The notes: a model not told the origin generated them from the sequence alone. Counted from the first letter of the stretch, positions 17,245-26,850 are shown. The stretch is DNA of 36,438 nt from an uncultured bacterium (GCA_965371515.1 CBDUYR010000025.1:1-36438); one strand, 5' to 3'. Numbers and translations: made by a program.

Positions 17245-18057
17245 ATGAGAGACAAGATCGGAAGAGAGATAAACTATCTCAGGGTGTCGGTGACCGACAG
17301 GTGCAACCTCAGATGCGAGTACTGCATGCCCCCCGAAGGAATAGAACTCAAGAGCCACGGCAACATGCTTTCCTACGAGAAGATCGCGGAGGTCGTTCGT
17401 GCGGCGGCCGGCCTCGGGATCGACAAGGTCAGGCTGACCGGGGGAGAACCGCTTGTGAGAAAGGGGTTGTCGGGCCTCGTTCGGATGCTGAGAGAGATCG
17501 AAGGCCTGGACGAGATCTCGATGACGACGAACGGGATCCTGCTCACCCTGCAAGTGGCCATCGAACTGAAGGAGGCGGGGCTCGACAGGCTCAACATCTC
17601 GCTCGACACACTCGATCCGGCCAGGTACCAGAAACTGACCCGCGGAGGGGACGTGACCGATGTCATCAGGGGGATCGCGGCGGCGCAGACGGCGGGATTC
17701 GAGGGGACCAAGGTCAACATGGTCGTATCTGCGACCGAGTCGCGCGAGGATGTCGACAGGATGCGGTCATTCTGCGCGCGGGAGGGACTTGTCCTGCAGA
17801 CGATAAACAGGTTTTCCCTCGTAAAGCGGACTGGCGAGACCGAATCCCCGCACGACTTCGACAGGCCGCTTCCCTGTGACAGGTGCAACAGGCTGAGGCT
17901 GACTGCCGACGGATACCTCAAACCCTGTCTCTTTTCCGACATCGAGATAAAGGTCAATTTCGATGATATCGAGGAAAGTATCAGGAAAGCGGTGGATGCC
18001 AAACCGGAAGAGGGCACGTCCTGCGGTGGAAGGTCGATGAGACAGATCGGAGGCTAG
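17245..18057 (+). CDS. moaA: GTP 3',8-cyclase (radical SAM)
   Basis: YLRVSVTDRCNLRCEYC, TGGEP, CDRCNRLRLTADG.LKPCL, C-terminal MRQIGG. Confidence 0.95.
   Translation: MRDKIGREINYLRVSVTDRCNLRCEYCMPPEGIELKSHGNMLSYEKIAEVVRAAAGLGIDKVRLTGGEPLVRKGLSGLVRMLREIEGLDEISMTTNGILLTLQVAIELKEAGLDRLNISLDTLDPARYQKLTRGGDVTDVIRGIAAAQTAGFEGTKVNMVVSATESREDVDRMRSFCAREGLVLQTINRFSLVKRTGETESPHDFDRPLPCDRCNRLRLTADGYLKPCLFSDIEIKVNFDDIEESIRKAVDAKPEEGTSCGGRSMRQIGG
18037..18053 (+). repeat. 17-bp direct repeat, copy 1 (moaA 3' end)
   Basis: ATGAGACAGATCGGAGG is identical to 21695-21711. Confidence 0.95.
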
Positions 18058-18062
18058 AGCAG

Positions 18063-18425
18063 TTACCACATCTTCTCGAAATCTTTTCTGTCCGTTTTTT
18101 TCTCCAGGTCAACGAAGTATGAATCATAATCCTTCGAGAGCATCAAGGGATCCTTCCGGAAAATCTTCGAGAGCATGGAAAGGGGGAACAGAATCAGGTA
18201 GAACACCATGCTCAACAGGATATTGGGGACGATGTATCCGAGCAGTTTCCCCAGTTTCATCCATGCCCACTCGATCTTTCTGCTCAGAAACGGCGATACT
18301 ATTCCGATGATTCCAGCTGTGAGAGACACGATGACGGCCCATTGCCAGGCTTTGATCAGGTAGAGTACCAGGAAGCCCATCGATATTATCAGCATCGTCG
18401 ATTTCGAAGTATCTATTTTCCTCAT
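18063..18425 (-). CDS. SxtJ-family membrane protein
   Basis: Hydrophobic N-half, WMKLG..LG.I...ILL..VFY....P, KDPL.L; follows DUF5989 and a carbamoyltransferase. Confidence 0.85.
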   Translation of the reverse strand: MRKIDTSKSTMLIISMGFLVLYLIKAWQWAVIVSLTAGIIGIVSPFLSRKIEWAWMKLGKLLGYIVPNILLSMVFYLILFPLSMLSKIFRKDPLMLSKDYDSYFVDLEKKTDRKDFEKMW

Positions 18426-18439
18426 AAGAACCTGTTTCC

Positions 18440-18589
18440 CTAGAACAGTGTATAGATGAAAGGCGCTATCGCGCTGCCCGCTCCGAAGACGATCAGCAGA
18501 CCCAGAAGCAGCAGTATAACTATGATAGGCGCCAGCCAGAACTTCTTGCGTTCCTTAATGAATAGCCAGAGGTCTTTCAGTATCTCCAA
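18440..18589 (-). CDS. DUF5989/SxtK-like small membrane protein (49 aa, not in ORF track)
   Basis: AGGAG SD and TTG start: MEILKDLWLFIKERKKFWLAPIIVILLLLGLLIVFGAGSAIAPFIYTLF*. Confidence 0.9.
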   Translation of the reverse strand: MEILKDLWLFIKERKKFWLAPIIVILLLLGLLIVFGAGSAIAPFIYTLF

Positions 18590-18608
18590 GGTATCTCCTG
18601 CCCATTCA

Positions 18609-19691
18609 TTAATTGCTGTTTCTCAGATAGTCAAAGAGCACATCTGCGACGAATTCATGACCATACTCATTCCAATGTCCATCCAACTCAAAGGTGAATT
18701 TTCTCCCGTTGGCTCTATAGTCGTCCAGCATCAGAGGGGTAAGGTCCAGAAATTCAACGTCATAAGTGTAGCACATATCCTTCATCATGTCATTCAGCCA
18801 CAGCACCTGGCTGTTATCCAGGGTGTTGGTATAGATCTCTCCTTTCGGAGCGTCGAAGACAAAGATGATCCTTCTGTCGCTGTTTTCCTCGCGAATGGTC
18901 CTGACCAGATAATCCGTAGCTTCAAATATCCGGGTCTTATTCATTATTACCTTATCGGCTGCGATATTGGCTTCAAAGTTCCTGTCATCGATTCCTGCGA
19001 TATTACGCCGAATCTGCCGTATTTTCAGGTTAAAATCGAGATAGCGAAACAGAGCGCTCTTGTAGACGACCCTCTTCCATGCGGTGTATTGAGGATACGC
19101 AAAATTAGGGCGCGGCACTGTCTCGATGAACGAACCGTCTTCATCGGCCGAAACCTGCATGAAACAGAATCTGTTAGGATATAGTTCTTGGATGCTCTCT
19201 TCGAAATCGTTGTGCACCATGTTGAAGATGAGAATATCAGGGTCGAAGTGCCTGTTTACATATCTGCTCACATGCAAATAGTGCGATAATGAGGCGCCCG
19301 ATTTCCCGAAAGCATATACTTCATAATCCGGATCAAGTCTATTTCTCAACAGAAACGGGTACTTCTCATCCGCATCGACCTGAAATGCCTCGATATAGGA
19401 ATCGCCGATGACAGCGATCAAATTCCGGTCTTTGACAGGAGTGTAGTCGATCGGATAATTCCAATGCTCATTATTTATATGCCATCGCGCTTTTATCTGG
19501 GCGAATCTGCCTATAGTTATCAGTCCCTCTTCCCTCTGGTTGCTGAAATAGTACATCCGTTCTTCTTCGCTAAAGAAACCCATAGGTGGATCTGTCGCGG
19601 GGATTACGATACGAAAGAACAGTTCGAGCAGTAGAACCAGTATTAATATCGCAGGCAGCGAGACCAGAATTATGTTCTTTAATGTTTTCAT
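18609..19691 (-). CDS. Membrane-anchored SGNH/GDSL hydrolase-like protein
   Basis: N-terminal TM (LLLELFFR), IGDSY, HND, DGHWNEYGH. Confidence 0.85.
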   Translation of the reverse strand: MKTLKNIILVSLPAILILVLLLELFFRIVIPATDPPMGFFSEEERMYYFSNQREEGLITIGRFAQIKARWHINNEHWNYPIDYTPVKDRNLIAVIGDSYIEAFQVDADEKYPFLLRNRLDPDYEVYAFGKSGASLSHYLHVSRYVNRHFDPDILIFNMVHNDFEESIQELYPNRFCFMQVSADEDGSFIETVPRPNFAYPQYTAWKRVVYKSALFRYLDFNLKIRQIRRNIAGIDDRNFEANIAADKVIMNKTRIFEATDYLVRTIREENSDRRIIFVFDAPKGEIYTNTLDNSQVLWLNDMMKDMCYTYDVEFLDLTPLMLDDYRANGRKFTFELDGHWNEYGHEFVADVLFDYLRNSN

Positions 19692-19707
19692 TTCATAATC
19701 GTAAGGC

Positions 19708-21573
19708 TTAATCCAGCTCGAATTTCTCCATCCACTTTTCCCGGTTTTCCCAGTCCGGCTGATCGGTTTTCTTCAGCAGGAAATCATTTACTACCAGATA
19801 GTCCATTTCGGTGCGCATAAAGCATTTGTACGCGTCCTCGGGCGTGCATACGATCGGTTCGCCCCTGACGTTAAAACTGGTATTCACAATAACTCCGTAA
19901 CCCGTCTTTTCCCTGAACGTATTTATCAGCTGCCAGTATCTCGGGTTTGTCTCCCGGTGAACGGTCTGCACGCGCGCCGAGAAATCCAGGTGCGTTATCG
20001 ACTGTACGTCGCTTCTTTCGAAATAGAGCCTGTCCCACAGGTCAAGTTCGTTGTAATCGCCCGGAACCGGTTTTCTTCTTTCTTCATTGACGTAGCCGAT
20101 GAGCAGCATGTATGGCGAGGCTGCAGGCAGGTCAAAAAACTCTTTTGAACTCTCGATAAGTACAGAGGGGGCGAAGGGCCTGAAACTCTCCCTGTATTTG
20201 ATCTTCAGGTTAAGTTTTTTCTGCATGTCGACGTTTCTCGCGTCACCCAGTATGCTGCGATTTCCGAGAGCCCTGGGACCATACTCCATCCTGCCCTGGA
20301 ACCATCCGACAACATGACCATTATCGATAAAACCGGCTACTTCATCGCACAGATCGTCGAAATCATCGAATTTACTATACGCCGCATCATGTTTTTTAAA
20401 GGCTTGGACCGATTCCTTGTCTGAGAAATACGGGCCGAGAAGAGCCCCCTTCATTGCGTCACTGCCGCTGGAAACCATACGGTCATGCCCATAGTACATG
20501 TAATGGATCGCTTGAGCAGCTCCCAGCGCTCCACCCGCATCACCGGCCGCAGGTTGTATGAAAATATCCTTGAACATTTTTTCCCTGACAAGTTTTCCAT
20601 TCGCTACGCAGTTAAGCGCGACGCCGCCTGCCATGCATAGATATTCCGAACCAGTTATCCTTCTGGCTTCTTCGGCCATCTTGAATACTATTTCTTCCGT
20701 AACATGCTGAATAGCGTAAGCAAGATTGCAGTACTTCTGTTCGATCATGCCGTCGGGCTTGAGGGCAGGAAATCCAAACAGTTTTTCCCATTTCTTCTCT
20801 TTGACCATCTTGAGCCCGGTAGCATAGGCGAAGTAATCCTGGTTCAACCAGATCGACCCGTCGCCCTTGATTGAAACGAGATGTTCCTTTATCAGCCTGA
20901 TGAACTCCCCGGTCTGCTCCGCATCGGGATTTCCGTATGGAGCCAGCCCCATCAGCTTGTATTCACCCGAATTGACCCGGAACCCGAGATAGTATGTAAA
21001 GGCCGAGTAGAGAAGACCTACAGAATGAGGAAATCTCATTTCCTTGATCATGGTGATATTGCTGCCGGTACCGTGGCAGATCGAAGCTGTCGCCCATTCT
21101 CCGACGCCGTCAACAGTCAGTATCGCTGACTCCTCGAATGGTGACGGGTAAAAGGCGCTGGCAGCGTGCGAAAGATGATGCTCCGGGAAAAGAAGGTTCA
21201 GCCTCTTTTTTTTGTATTCCTGAGCCTCTGCAAGGCCTTCATAGATAAGCTTTTTCGAAAACATCTTCTCTTTGAGCCAGACGGGCATCGAGGTGAGAAA
21301 TTGCCGCAGTCCTCTCGGAGCGAACGCATAATAGGTCTCCAGCAGCCGTTCGAACTTCAGGAGTGGCTTATCGTAGAAGACAATCGCATCGAGCTCATCG
21401 ATGCTGCATCCGGAAAACTCCAGACAATACCTGACTGCATTTACCGGAAAGTCAGGGGTATGCTTTTTCCTGGTGAATCTCTCTTCCTGCGCTGCGGCTA
21501 TTATCTCACCGTCGATCAGGATCGCCGCCGCGGAATCGTGATAAAATGCTGAAATACCCAGAATCTTTTTCAT
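19708..21573 (-). CDS. O-carbamoyltransferase, NodU/CmcH/SxtI family
   Basis: ILGISAFYHDSAAA, QEERF, EHHLSHAASAF, EYKLMGLAPYG, GGVALNCVANG, GPRALGNRS, RESFRPFAP, NTSFNVRGEPIV. Confidence 0.95.
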   Translation of the reverse strand: MKKILGISAFYHDSAAAILIDGEIIAAAQEERFTRKKHTPDFPVNAVRYCLEFSGCSIDELDAIVFYDKPLLKFERLLETYYAFAPRGLRQFLTSMPVWLKEKMFSKKLIYEGLAEAQEYKKKRLNLLFPEHHLSHAASAFYPSPFEESAILTVDGVGEWATASICHGTGSNITMIKEMRFPHSVGLLYSAFTYYLGFRVNSGEYKLMGLAPYGNPDAEQTGEFIRLIKEHLVSIKGDGSIWLNQDYFAYATGLKMVKEKKWEKLFGFPALKPDGMIEQKYCNLAYAIQHVTEEIVFKMAEEARRITGSEYLCMAGGVALNCVANGKLVREKMFKDIFIQPAAGDAGGALGAAQAIHYMYYGHDRMVSSGSDAMKGALLGPYFSDKESVQAFKKHDAAYSKFDDFDDLCDEVAGFIDNGHVVGWFQGRMEYGPRALGNRSILGDARNVDMQKKLNLKIKYRESFRPFAPSVLIESSKEFFDLPAASPYMLLIGYVNEERRKPVPGDYNELDLWDRLYFERSDVQSITHLDFSARVQTVHRETNPRYWQLINTFREKTGYGVIVNTSFNVRGEPIVCTPEDAYKCFMRTEMDYLVVNDFLLKKTDQPDWENREKWMEKFELD

Positions 21574-21643
21574 CTGTTAATTGTAAAGGAATTTTAAGTC
21601 ACACACAAGGATATCAGATGGCCGGACAGGAAAACCGGGGGAC

Positions 21644-21672
21644 TTGTAGAGATTCTGGAAAAGGAGTATATT
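21644..21672 (+). promoter_or_regulatory. Candidate sigma70 promoter for moaC-MOSC-mogA
   Basis: TTGTAG-17 bp-TATATT ending 48 bp before the moaC start. Confidence 0.4.
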
Positions 21673-21694
21673 CAGGTCCGTCTGCTACGGTCCC

Positions 21695-21711
21695 ATGAGA
21701 CAGATCGGAGG
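21695..21711 (+). repeat. 17-bp direct repeat, copy 2 (contains the moaC SD)
   Basis: ATGAGACAGATCGGAGG; its GGAGG lies 8 nt before GTG 21720. Confidence 0.95.
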
Positions 21712-21719
21712 TTGTCAGG

Positions 21720-22172
21720 GTGAAGGATTTCTCGCATATCGACAGCAAGGGAAAGGTGAAGATGGTCGATGTCTCGGGCAAGCCCGTATCGAAACGCACG
21801 GCGGTCGCCGCGGGCTCGATCAGAATGGCCGCGGCGACGGTTATCAGGCTGCGCGAGGGAACGCTGAAGAAGGGCGACGCCCTGGCGACCGCGAGAATCG
21901 CGGGCATAATGGGGGCGAAGAGGGCCAGCGACCTGATCCCTCTCTGTCATCCGCTGCCGATCGACGACATCGCGGTCAGGCTTGAATTGAAGGAAGAGGC
22001 GGTAGAGATAGAAGCGACCGTTATAAGCACCGCACGGACAGGTGTCGAGATGGAAGCGCTGACAGCGGTCTCGGTTACCGCACTTGCCCTGTACGATATG
22101 TGCAAGGCTGTCGACAAGGGAATGATAATAGAAAACGTCGCGCTGAGATCGAAGACTAAGGAAAATGTATGA
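21720..22172 (+). CDS. moaC: Cyclic pyranopterin monophosphate synthase
   Basis: [36 protein letters not shown]. Confidence 0.97.
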   Translation: MKDFSHIDSKGKVKMVDVSGKPVSKRTAVAAGSIRMAAATVIRLREGTLKKGDALATARIAGIMGAKRASDLIPLCHPLPIDDIAVRLELKEEAVEIEATVISTARTGVEMEALTAVSVTALALYDMCKAVDKGMIIENVALRSKTKENV

Positions 22173-22609
22173 CGAAGAGCTTCGAGATTCTGTCGCTTAA
22201 CATATCGAAGGAGAAGGGCACTGCAAAGAGCCCGGTGCCGCGGCTGGTGTTTGTCGCGGACCACGGAATCGAGGGGGATGCGCATGCGGGGCCGGGCAGG
22301 AGGCAGGTTTCGCTTCTGGCCGACGAGGATATCGAAACGATGCGCAAAAAGCTCAAAACCCTTTCTCCCGGAGATTTCGCCGAGAACATCACGACGAGGG
22401 GGATCGACCTCGCCTCGCTTCCCGTCGGTACAAGGCTCTTTATAGGCGACGCGATCCTCGAGATCTCCCAGATAGGCAAGGAATGTCACAGCGGGTGCGC
22501 CATCCGGGAGAAGACGGGCGACTGCGTGATGCCGCGAAGGGGCGTCTTCGCGGTGGTCGTCGAAGGCGGTGAGATCACGGATGAAGATACTGGTCGTTAC
22601 CATATCTGA
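22169..22609 (+). CDS. MOSC domain protein
   Basis: [46 protein letters not shown]. Confidence 0.9.
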   Translation: MTKSFEILSLNISKEKGTAKSPVPRLVFVADHGIEGDAHAGPGRRQVSLLADEDIETMRKKLKTLSPGDFAENITTRGIDLASLPVGTRLFIGDAILEISQIGKECHSGCAIREKTGDCVMPRRGVFAVVVEGGEITDEDTGRYHI

Positions 22610-23048
22610 CAGGGCCTCCCGGGGAGAATACGAGGATCTTTCGGGTCCGGCCGTAAAAGAGATACTGGAAGAAGAAATCGCCGGCGCCGAAGTAGAGATC
22701 GTCATCGTGCCTGACGAGGAGGATGAGATCGAGCGGGCGCTTGAATCGGGGTTATCCGGAGACGTGATCATCACGACCGGGGGAACCGGCCTCGGGCCGA
22801 GGGATATCACTCCCGAGGTGACGGAGCGTTTCTGCGATCGTGCCGCACCTGGAATAGCCGAGATGCTCAGGGCCGAATCCCTCAAGGAGACCCGCAACGC
22901 CGCTTTGTCGAGGGGGTATGCCGGCATGAAGGACAGTACACTCGTTGTGAACATCCCAGGTTCCGTGCGCGGAGCTTCTTTCTGCGCCAGGCTGCTCGCT
23001 CCTCTGCTTATCCATGCCGAAGGCATGATCAGGGGCGAGGGACATTGA
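22581..23048 (+). CDS. mogA: Molybdopterin adenylyltransferase, MogA/MoaB family
   Basis: TISDRAS.G.YEDLSGP, VPDE, TTGGTGLGPRDITPE, SRG.AG, NIPGS. Confidence 0.92.
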   Translation: MKILVVTISDRASRGEYEDLSGPAVKEILEEEIAGAEVEIVIVPDEEDEIERALESGLSGDVIITTGGTGLGPRDITPEVTERFCDRAAPGIAEMLRAESLKETRNAALSRGYAGMKDSTLVVNIPGSVRGASFCARLLAPLLIHAEGMIRGEGH

Positions 23049-23072
23049 GTTATCCTGTATTCTAAGTGAGTC

Positions 23073-23654
23073 CTACCACTTGACCTGGAGCGCCATTCCC
23101 GGTTTCCCGTCAATGGAGATCGCTGAGACGTCGACGTTGTCCGAGTATGGCGTGGTGAAGATCAATGCGGAGATCATACTGATCGAGGCGCCCGCCATCA
23201 CGTCGCCCGCCCAGTGCCTGTCCGCATAGACCCTGCTGAAGCCGACAAATCCGGCGAGGAAGTACAGCGGCACGGAATATTTCCAGCCGTACCTGCGATG
23301 GATGAATGAGGGTCCGATAAAGGCGGATGCGGTGTGCCCCGAGGGGAAGGAGGTCGCCTCGCTCTCGTCGGGCCTTGTTCTGGCCACAGTGTACTTGATG
23401 GCGTAGGTGGTTCCGAGTGATGCGAGAGTCGTATAGGTCAGTTCCTTCGTTCCGACCCAGTCCTTCTTTACGAGCGTCACGCCGAGGGCAGTCACCGGGA
23501 GTAGTATCTGCAGCCAGTCGCCGGCCTCGATTATCTTCTCGTCCCTTTCGGATGCAGCAGTAGCGGCGGGAAGCAATATGCCCGCAAGCATGGCCAGGGC
23601 GACTGCGGTGCAGACCGTCCGGGTGAATCTCCCCTTTATAAACGCCGCCATCAT
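23073..23654 (-). CDS. PAP2-family phosphatase (LpxE/PgpB-like)
   Basis: K...R.RP, SFPSGH and SRVYADRHW..D PAP2 motifs; signal peptide. Confidence 0.9.
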   Translation of the reverse strand: MMAAFIKGRFTRTVCTAVALAMLAGILLPAATAASERDEKIIEAGDWLQILLPVTALGVTLVKKDWVGTKELTYTTLASLGTTYAIKYTVARTRPDESEATSFPSGHTASAFIGPSFIHRRYGWKYSVPLYFLAGFVGFSRVYADRHWAGDVMAGASISMISALIFTTPYSDNVDVSAISIDGKPGMALQVKW

Positions 23655-23656
23655 CC

Positions 23657-24625
23657 TCAGTATCTCCCCGTGACAACGTAGCCCTTGAAGTAGACGCTGT
23701 CTTCCGGATCGAGAACGACGATGTCATCGTCGCCTTCCATGTACCGCAGCCTTCTGTCGAAGAGGTATCCGACGTCGAGCCGTATGTAGAGGTACTTGTC
23801 GAACCAGTATCCGATCCCCCCGCCGATGCTCGAGACCGAGTAGGAGAGGAAAGGATCCTCGATCTGCGGGAAATCATTCCCGTCGCGCGCGTACTGGTGG
23901 CCCCATATCTCGTAGGCCAGCCCGAATTCGAATCCGTTACCCATCTTGTAGAAGATGTCGGTGTAATGCGGGAGATAGATCTCGAAGCGGTAGTGCTCGG
24001 TCTCTTTCTCGGCGATGATGGAGGGCAGGACCCTCGGTACGCCGGTGTCGTAGGTGTAAACCGCGCCGATCCCGACTTTCCATCCCGAATCGGGGAACCA
24101 CATCATGTGCAGCGCCCCTTCCGGGGTGAAGGATTTCGACCACTCGACGTCACCGATATCGGAGGAGAACCCGGGGCCGAAAACGCCCCTGAGGGCATAT
24201 TTATCATCCATCTGCCAGAGGCCGCCCCACTTGAGGTTTATATGCGTGGTGCGGTCGAAGCTGTATTCTCCCGCGGCCCGCCAGTCCTCGAAGTCGAGGC
24301 TGAGCATCCCGTAGTTGAACAGGAGCCAGGTCTTCGAGCCGTGCTCTCCGATGTCCCTTGTGCCGAATGCGAAGAAGTTAAGCTCTGCTGTGTACAGCGA
24401 GCCCCAGTCCTCACCGGCTACCGGTTCCTTGAATTTTGACGAGGGATAGCCGTCAAACCTCAGTGCGATGAATGAGCCGTTTTTCCAGTCGGTGTAGTTT
24501 TCGGCCGGGGCGGGGACAGCGGACAGGCAGGTTATGACGGCAACGAGAAGCAGCGCAATGGATGCCCTGCTGACACCGAAATTCACCGTATGATTTCTAT
24601 GCCTGTTCATTGCGTCAGAAAGCAT
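23657..24625 (-). CDS. Outer-membrane beta-barrel protein (DUF6268-like)
   Basis: Signal peptide, alternating aromatic strands, terminal aromatic residue. Start may be 24610. Confidence 0.7.
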   Translation of the reverse strand: MLSDAMNRHRNHTVNFGVSRASIALLLVAVITCLSAVPAPAENYTDWKNGSFIALRFDGYPSSKFKEPVAGEDWGSLYTAELNFFAFGTRDIGEHGSKTWLLFNYGMLSLDFEDWRAAGEYSFDRTTHINLKWGGLWQMDDKYALRGVFGPGFSSDIGDVEWSKSFTPEGALHMMWFPDSGWKVGIGAVYTYDTGVPRVLPSIIAEKETEHYRFEIYLPHYTDIFYKMGNGFEFGLAYEIWGHQYARDGNDFPQIEDPFLSYSVSSIGGGIGYWFDKYLYIRLDVGYLFDRRLRYMEGDDDIVVLDPEDSVYFKGYVVTGRY

Positions 24626-25259
24626 ATCCCAGGCCGGCCATGACGTGCAATGCGTAATTCGAGGTATATGCCCTTCCTTCCGGCACTCTCACCCTGGCCC
24701 TGGCAGCGGAGAACTGCAGGTCGAGCGAGGCGAAGAGCCCGCGCCACATCTGTATCCGCCTGCCCGCGCCGGCGATGAACGCCGGCCCGGTGATCTCGTA
24801 TCCCGAGTCGGACCTGAGCCCCCTGATGACGGCGTCCGTATGCGCGATCACTACACCCGCTCCGGCTCTGAGCGCGACGGGAAGGGAATAGTAGCCGATG
24901 TTCATAGTAAGTATGTTGAATCCGTGACTGATCTCGAACTGCTGCACCTCGGGCGGCCTGTTCTCGAGGTAGATCTTGTGATGGATCATCTGCAGCTCGA
25001 GTCCGATACCCTTCCCCACCGGTCCGGTCAGGGCCAGACGGATGGCCCAGTATACAGGCTGAGAAAATGATCTCGTGTCCCATTCGGCGCTGAAATCGAG
25101 GGTATTCTCACCTTCCTGCTCTATCTTCAGGTTTGTCGAGGCGTTCAACGCCCCGCCGAAAAAGAACTCGACGGAAAAATCGGCAGCGTGACCATATATC
25201 GGGCTCAGCGCCAGAAGAATGAGTGAGAAGATGATCGCCGGAATAATCCTGATGTGCAA
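24615..25259 (-). CDS. Outer-membrane beta-barrel protein, LpxQ-like
   Basis: Signal peptide; W.TRSF.QPVYWAIR, LEL...HHKIY, FEISHGFNILT.N, GAGVVIAH; C-terminal GLGYAF. Confidence 0.65.
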   Translation of the reverse strand: MHIRIIPAIIFSLILLALSPIYGHAADFSVEFFFGGALNASTNLKIEQEGENTLDFSAEWDTRSFSQPVYWAIRLALTGPVGKGIGLELQMIHHKIYLENRPPEVQQFEISHGFNILTMNIGYYSLPVALRAGAGVVIAHTDAVIRGLRSDSGYEITGPAFIAGAGRRIQMWRGLFASLDLQFSAARARVRVPEGRAYTSNYALHVMAGLGYAF

Positions 25260-25358
25260 TTCAAGCCTCCGATGTGGGCCAAAGGCATGATTTCAATAGA
25301 ACTCCCTCAGCCGGTATGGTACAAGATTGGAGATTGGTAAAGCAACCGGAGATAAGAG

Positions 25359-26783
25359 ATGAGATCCCTGAGTCTGAAGCTCGCATACATCCTGCCAGTC
25401 CTCTTTCTGGCGCTGCTCCTGATGCCCGGGCGGACGTACGCCCAGGACGCGCACTACTGGACGCTGCAGTACGGAACGAGGGCCGAGCTGCTCGGCGGCA
25501 CGGTCGTTGGAAGTATCAAGGATCTCAGCTCGACCTTCTACAATCCCGGCGCCGTCGCCTACTCGACCGACCAGAGCCTGCTGTTCACGACCGACGCGAT
25601 CGAGATCTCGAACCTCGACATCCATATCACGGACAATCTGAGCGTCGACCTCTCGGATACGAAGGCGATAAAGGCTCCCGGTATGATCGCCATGAGGTTT
25701 CCTTTCGAAGTCATCGGCGTTAGCCAGATATCCCTGTCCTACCTCACCCGCCAGCATTTCGAGCTGAATCTCTCGAACAATCATATCAACTCGTGGTGGG
25801 ATCCCGGGATGGGCGGCGACGAGAGTATCACGAGCGAGTTCAAGTTCGATGAGTACATGCAGGATACATGGATCGGGGTCAGCTGGGCCAAAAGGATCAG
25901 TGACAGGATGGCCCTCGGGGCTACGCTTTACGGGGCATATCGCAGCCAGAATACGAGGATACAGACGATCCTCCAGGGAAAGCAGGTGGACGGTCCCGGC
26001 GCTTCGGCGACCTTTATCAGGGATTACTCGTACTGGAACGTCAGGACCCTGCTGAAGGCGGGGGCGTCTTTTGATTTCAGGCCGCTTGCTTTCGGTGTTG
26101 CCCTCACGCTGCCGAGCATCAATCTCTTCGGGGAGGGGAACACATTCTACGACGACTCCGTGGTCAACATCGACCTGAACGGAGACGATATTCGCGATTC
26201 ATATCTCACGAGCAATTACCAGGAGGGTCTTCCTTCGACCTACAAGTCAGCGCCCTCGGTTGCGATCGGGACCTCCTACGGTTACCGGACGACGACATTT
26301 CATTTCAGCGCCGAATATTTCGGCAGGACCGATACCTACGATATTCTCCAGACGGAGGATTTCCGCTCACAGACGACTGGGGATGCATTCAATGTGGACG
26401 TCACCGGAGGGATGGATGAAGTCTTTAACTTCGGGGTCGGACTGGATCACCGGTTCAGTGACGGGTTCTCGCTGTACGGGGGATTCACGACGGACAGGTC
26501 CGGCTGGCGGTCCGATGTCAATACCACATTCACCAGCTGGGACCTCTACCATATAACCCTGGGAAGCGCGTTCAGGGCCTTCGCGATCGACTGGACGATG
26601 GGGATGGGTTTCAGCTGGGGCGGCGACGATCTCGACCTGAGGTTGGATTTCCTCGAAGATGATGGCAGCGGCAGTGTCATCGGTCCGGATGGACTGATCG
26701 GCACGGCCGATTACACCAAGTTCAAGTTGATACTGGGATTCGCTTTCCCGACAGCAGAGAAGGAAGAATCGAGCGGTGGCTGA
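25359..26783 (+). CDS. Outer-membrane protein, FadL/OmpP1-like barrel
   Basis: Signal peptide, G.R....GG.......D.S..FYNPG N-terminal motif, beta-strand pattern. Confidence 0.7.
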   Translation: MRSLSLKLAYILPVLFLALLLMPGRTYAQDAHYWTLQYGTRAELLGGTVVGSIKDLSSTFYNPGAVAYSTDQSLLFTTDAIEISNLDIHITDNLSVDLSDTKAIKAPGMIAMRFPFEVIGVSQISLSYLTRQHFELNLSNNHINSWWDPGMGGDESITSEFKFDEYMQDTWIGVSWAKRISDRMALGATLYGAYRSQNTRIQTILQGKQVDGPGASATFIRDYSYWNVRTLLKAGASFDFRPLAFGVALTLPSINLFGEGNTFYDDSVVNIDLNGDDIRDSYLTSNYQEGLPSTYKSAPSVAIGTSYGYRTTTFHFSAEYFGRTDTYDILQTEDFRSQTTGDAFNVDVTGGMDEVFNFGVGLDHRFSDGFSLYGGFTTDRSGWRSDVNTTFTSWDLYHITLGSAFRAFAIDWTMGMGFSWGGDDLDLRLDFLEDDGSGSVIGPDGLIGTADYTKFKLILGFAFPTAEKEESSGG

Positions 26784-26850
26784 CATGAAAGGCATCTGGA
26801 TGGACTTCGCGAGCCCGCGCAGGAAACACTGAAACAGGGAAGGCACAGGC

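Larger units (their letters stand above)
18058..21694. mobile_element. Putative inserted cassette (no mobility gene) between moaA and moaC
   Basis: Four opposite-strand, AT-richer genes bounded by the 17-bp direct repeat; they interrupt a cofactor operon. Confidence 0.65.

Noticed and set aside
18063..21573. Saxitoxin biosynthesis cluster
   Set aside because: Only sxtI/J/K-like accessory genes; no sxtA, sxtG or other core genes.
21695..21985. ORF starting MRQIGG as a real gene
   Set aside because: It arises from the duplicated moaA end and overlaps moaC out of frame.
22581..22609. Frameshifted MOSC-MogA fusion
   Set aside because: The 29-nt overlap leaves both domains apparently complete with their own start and stop, and no slippery run is evident. 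It cannot be excluded without reads.
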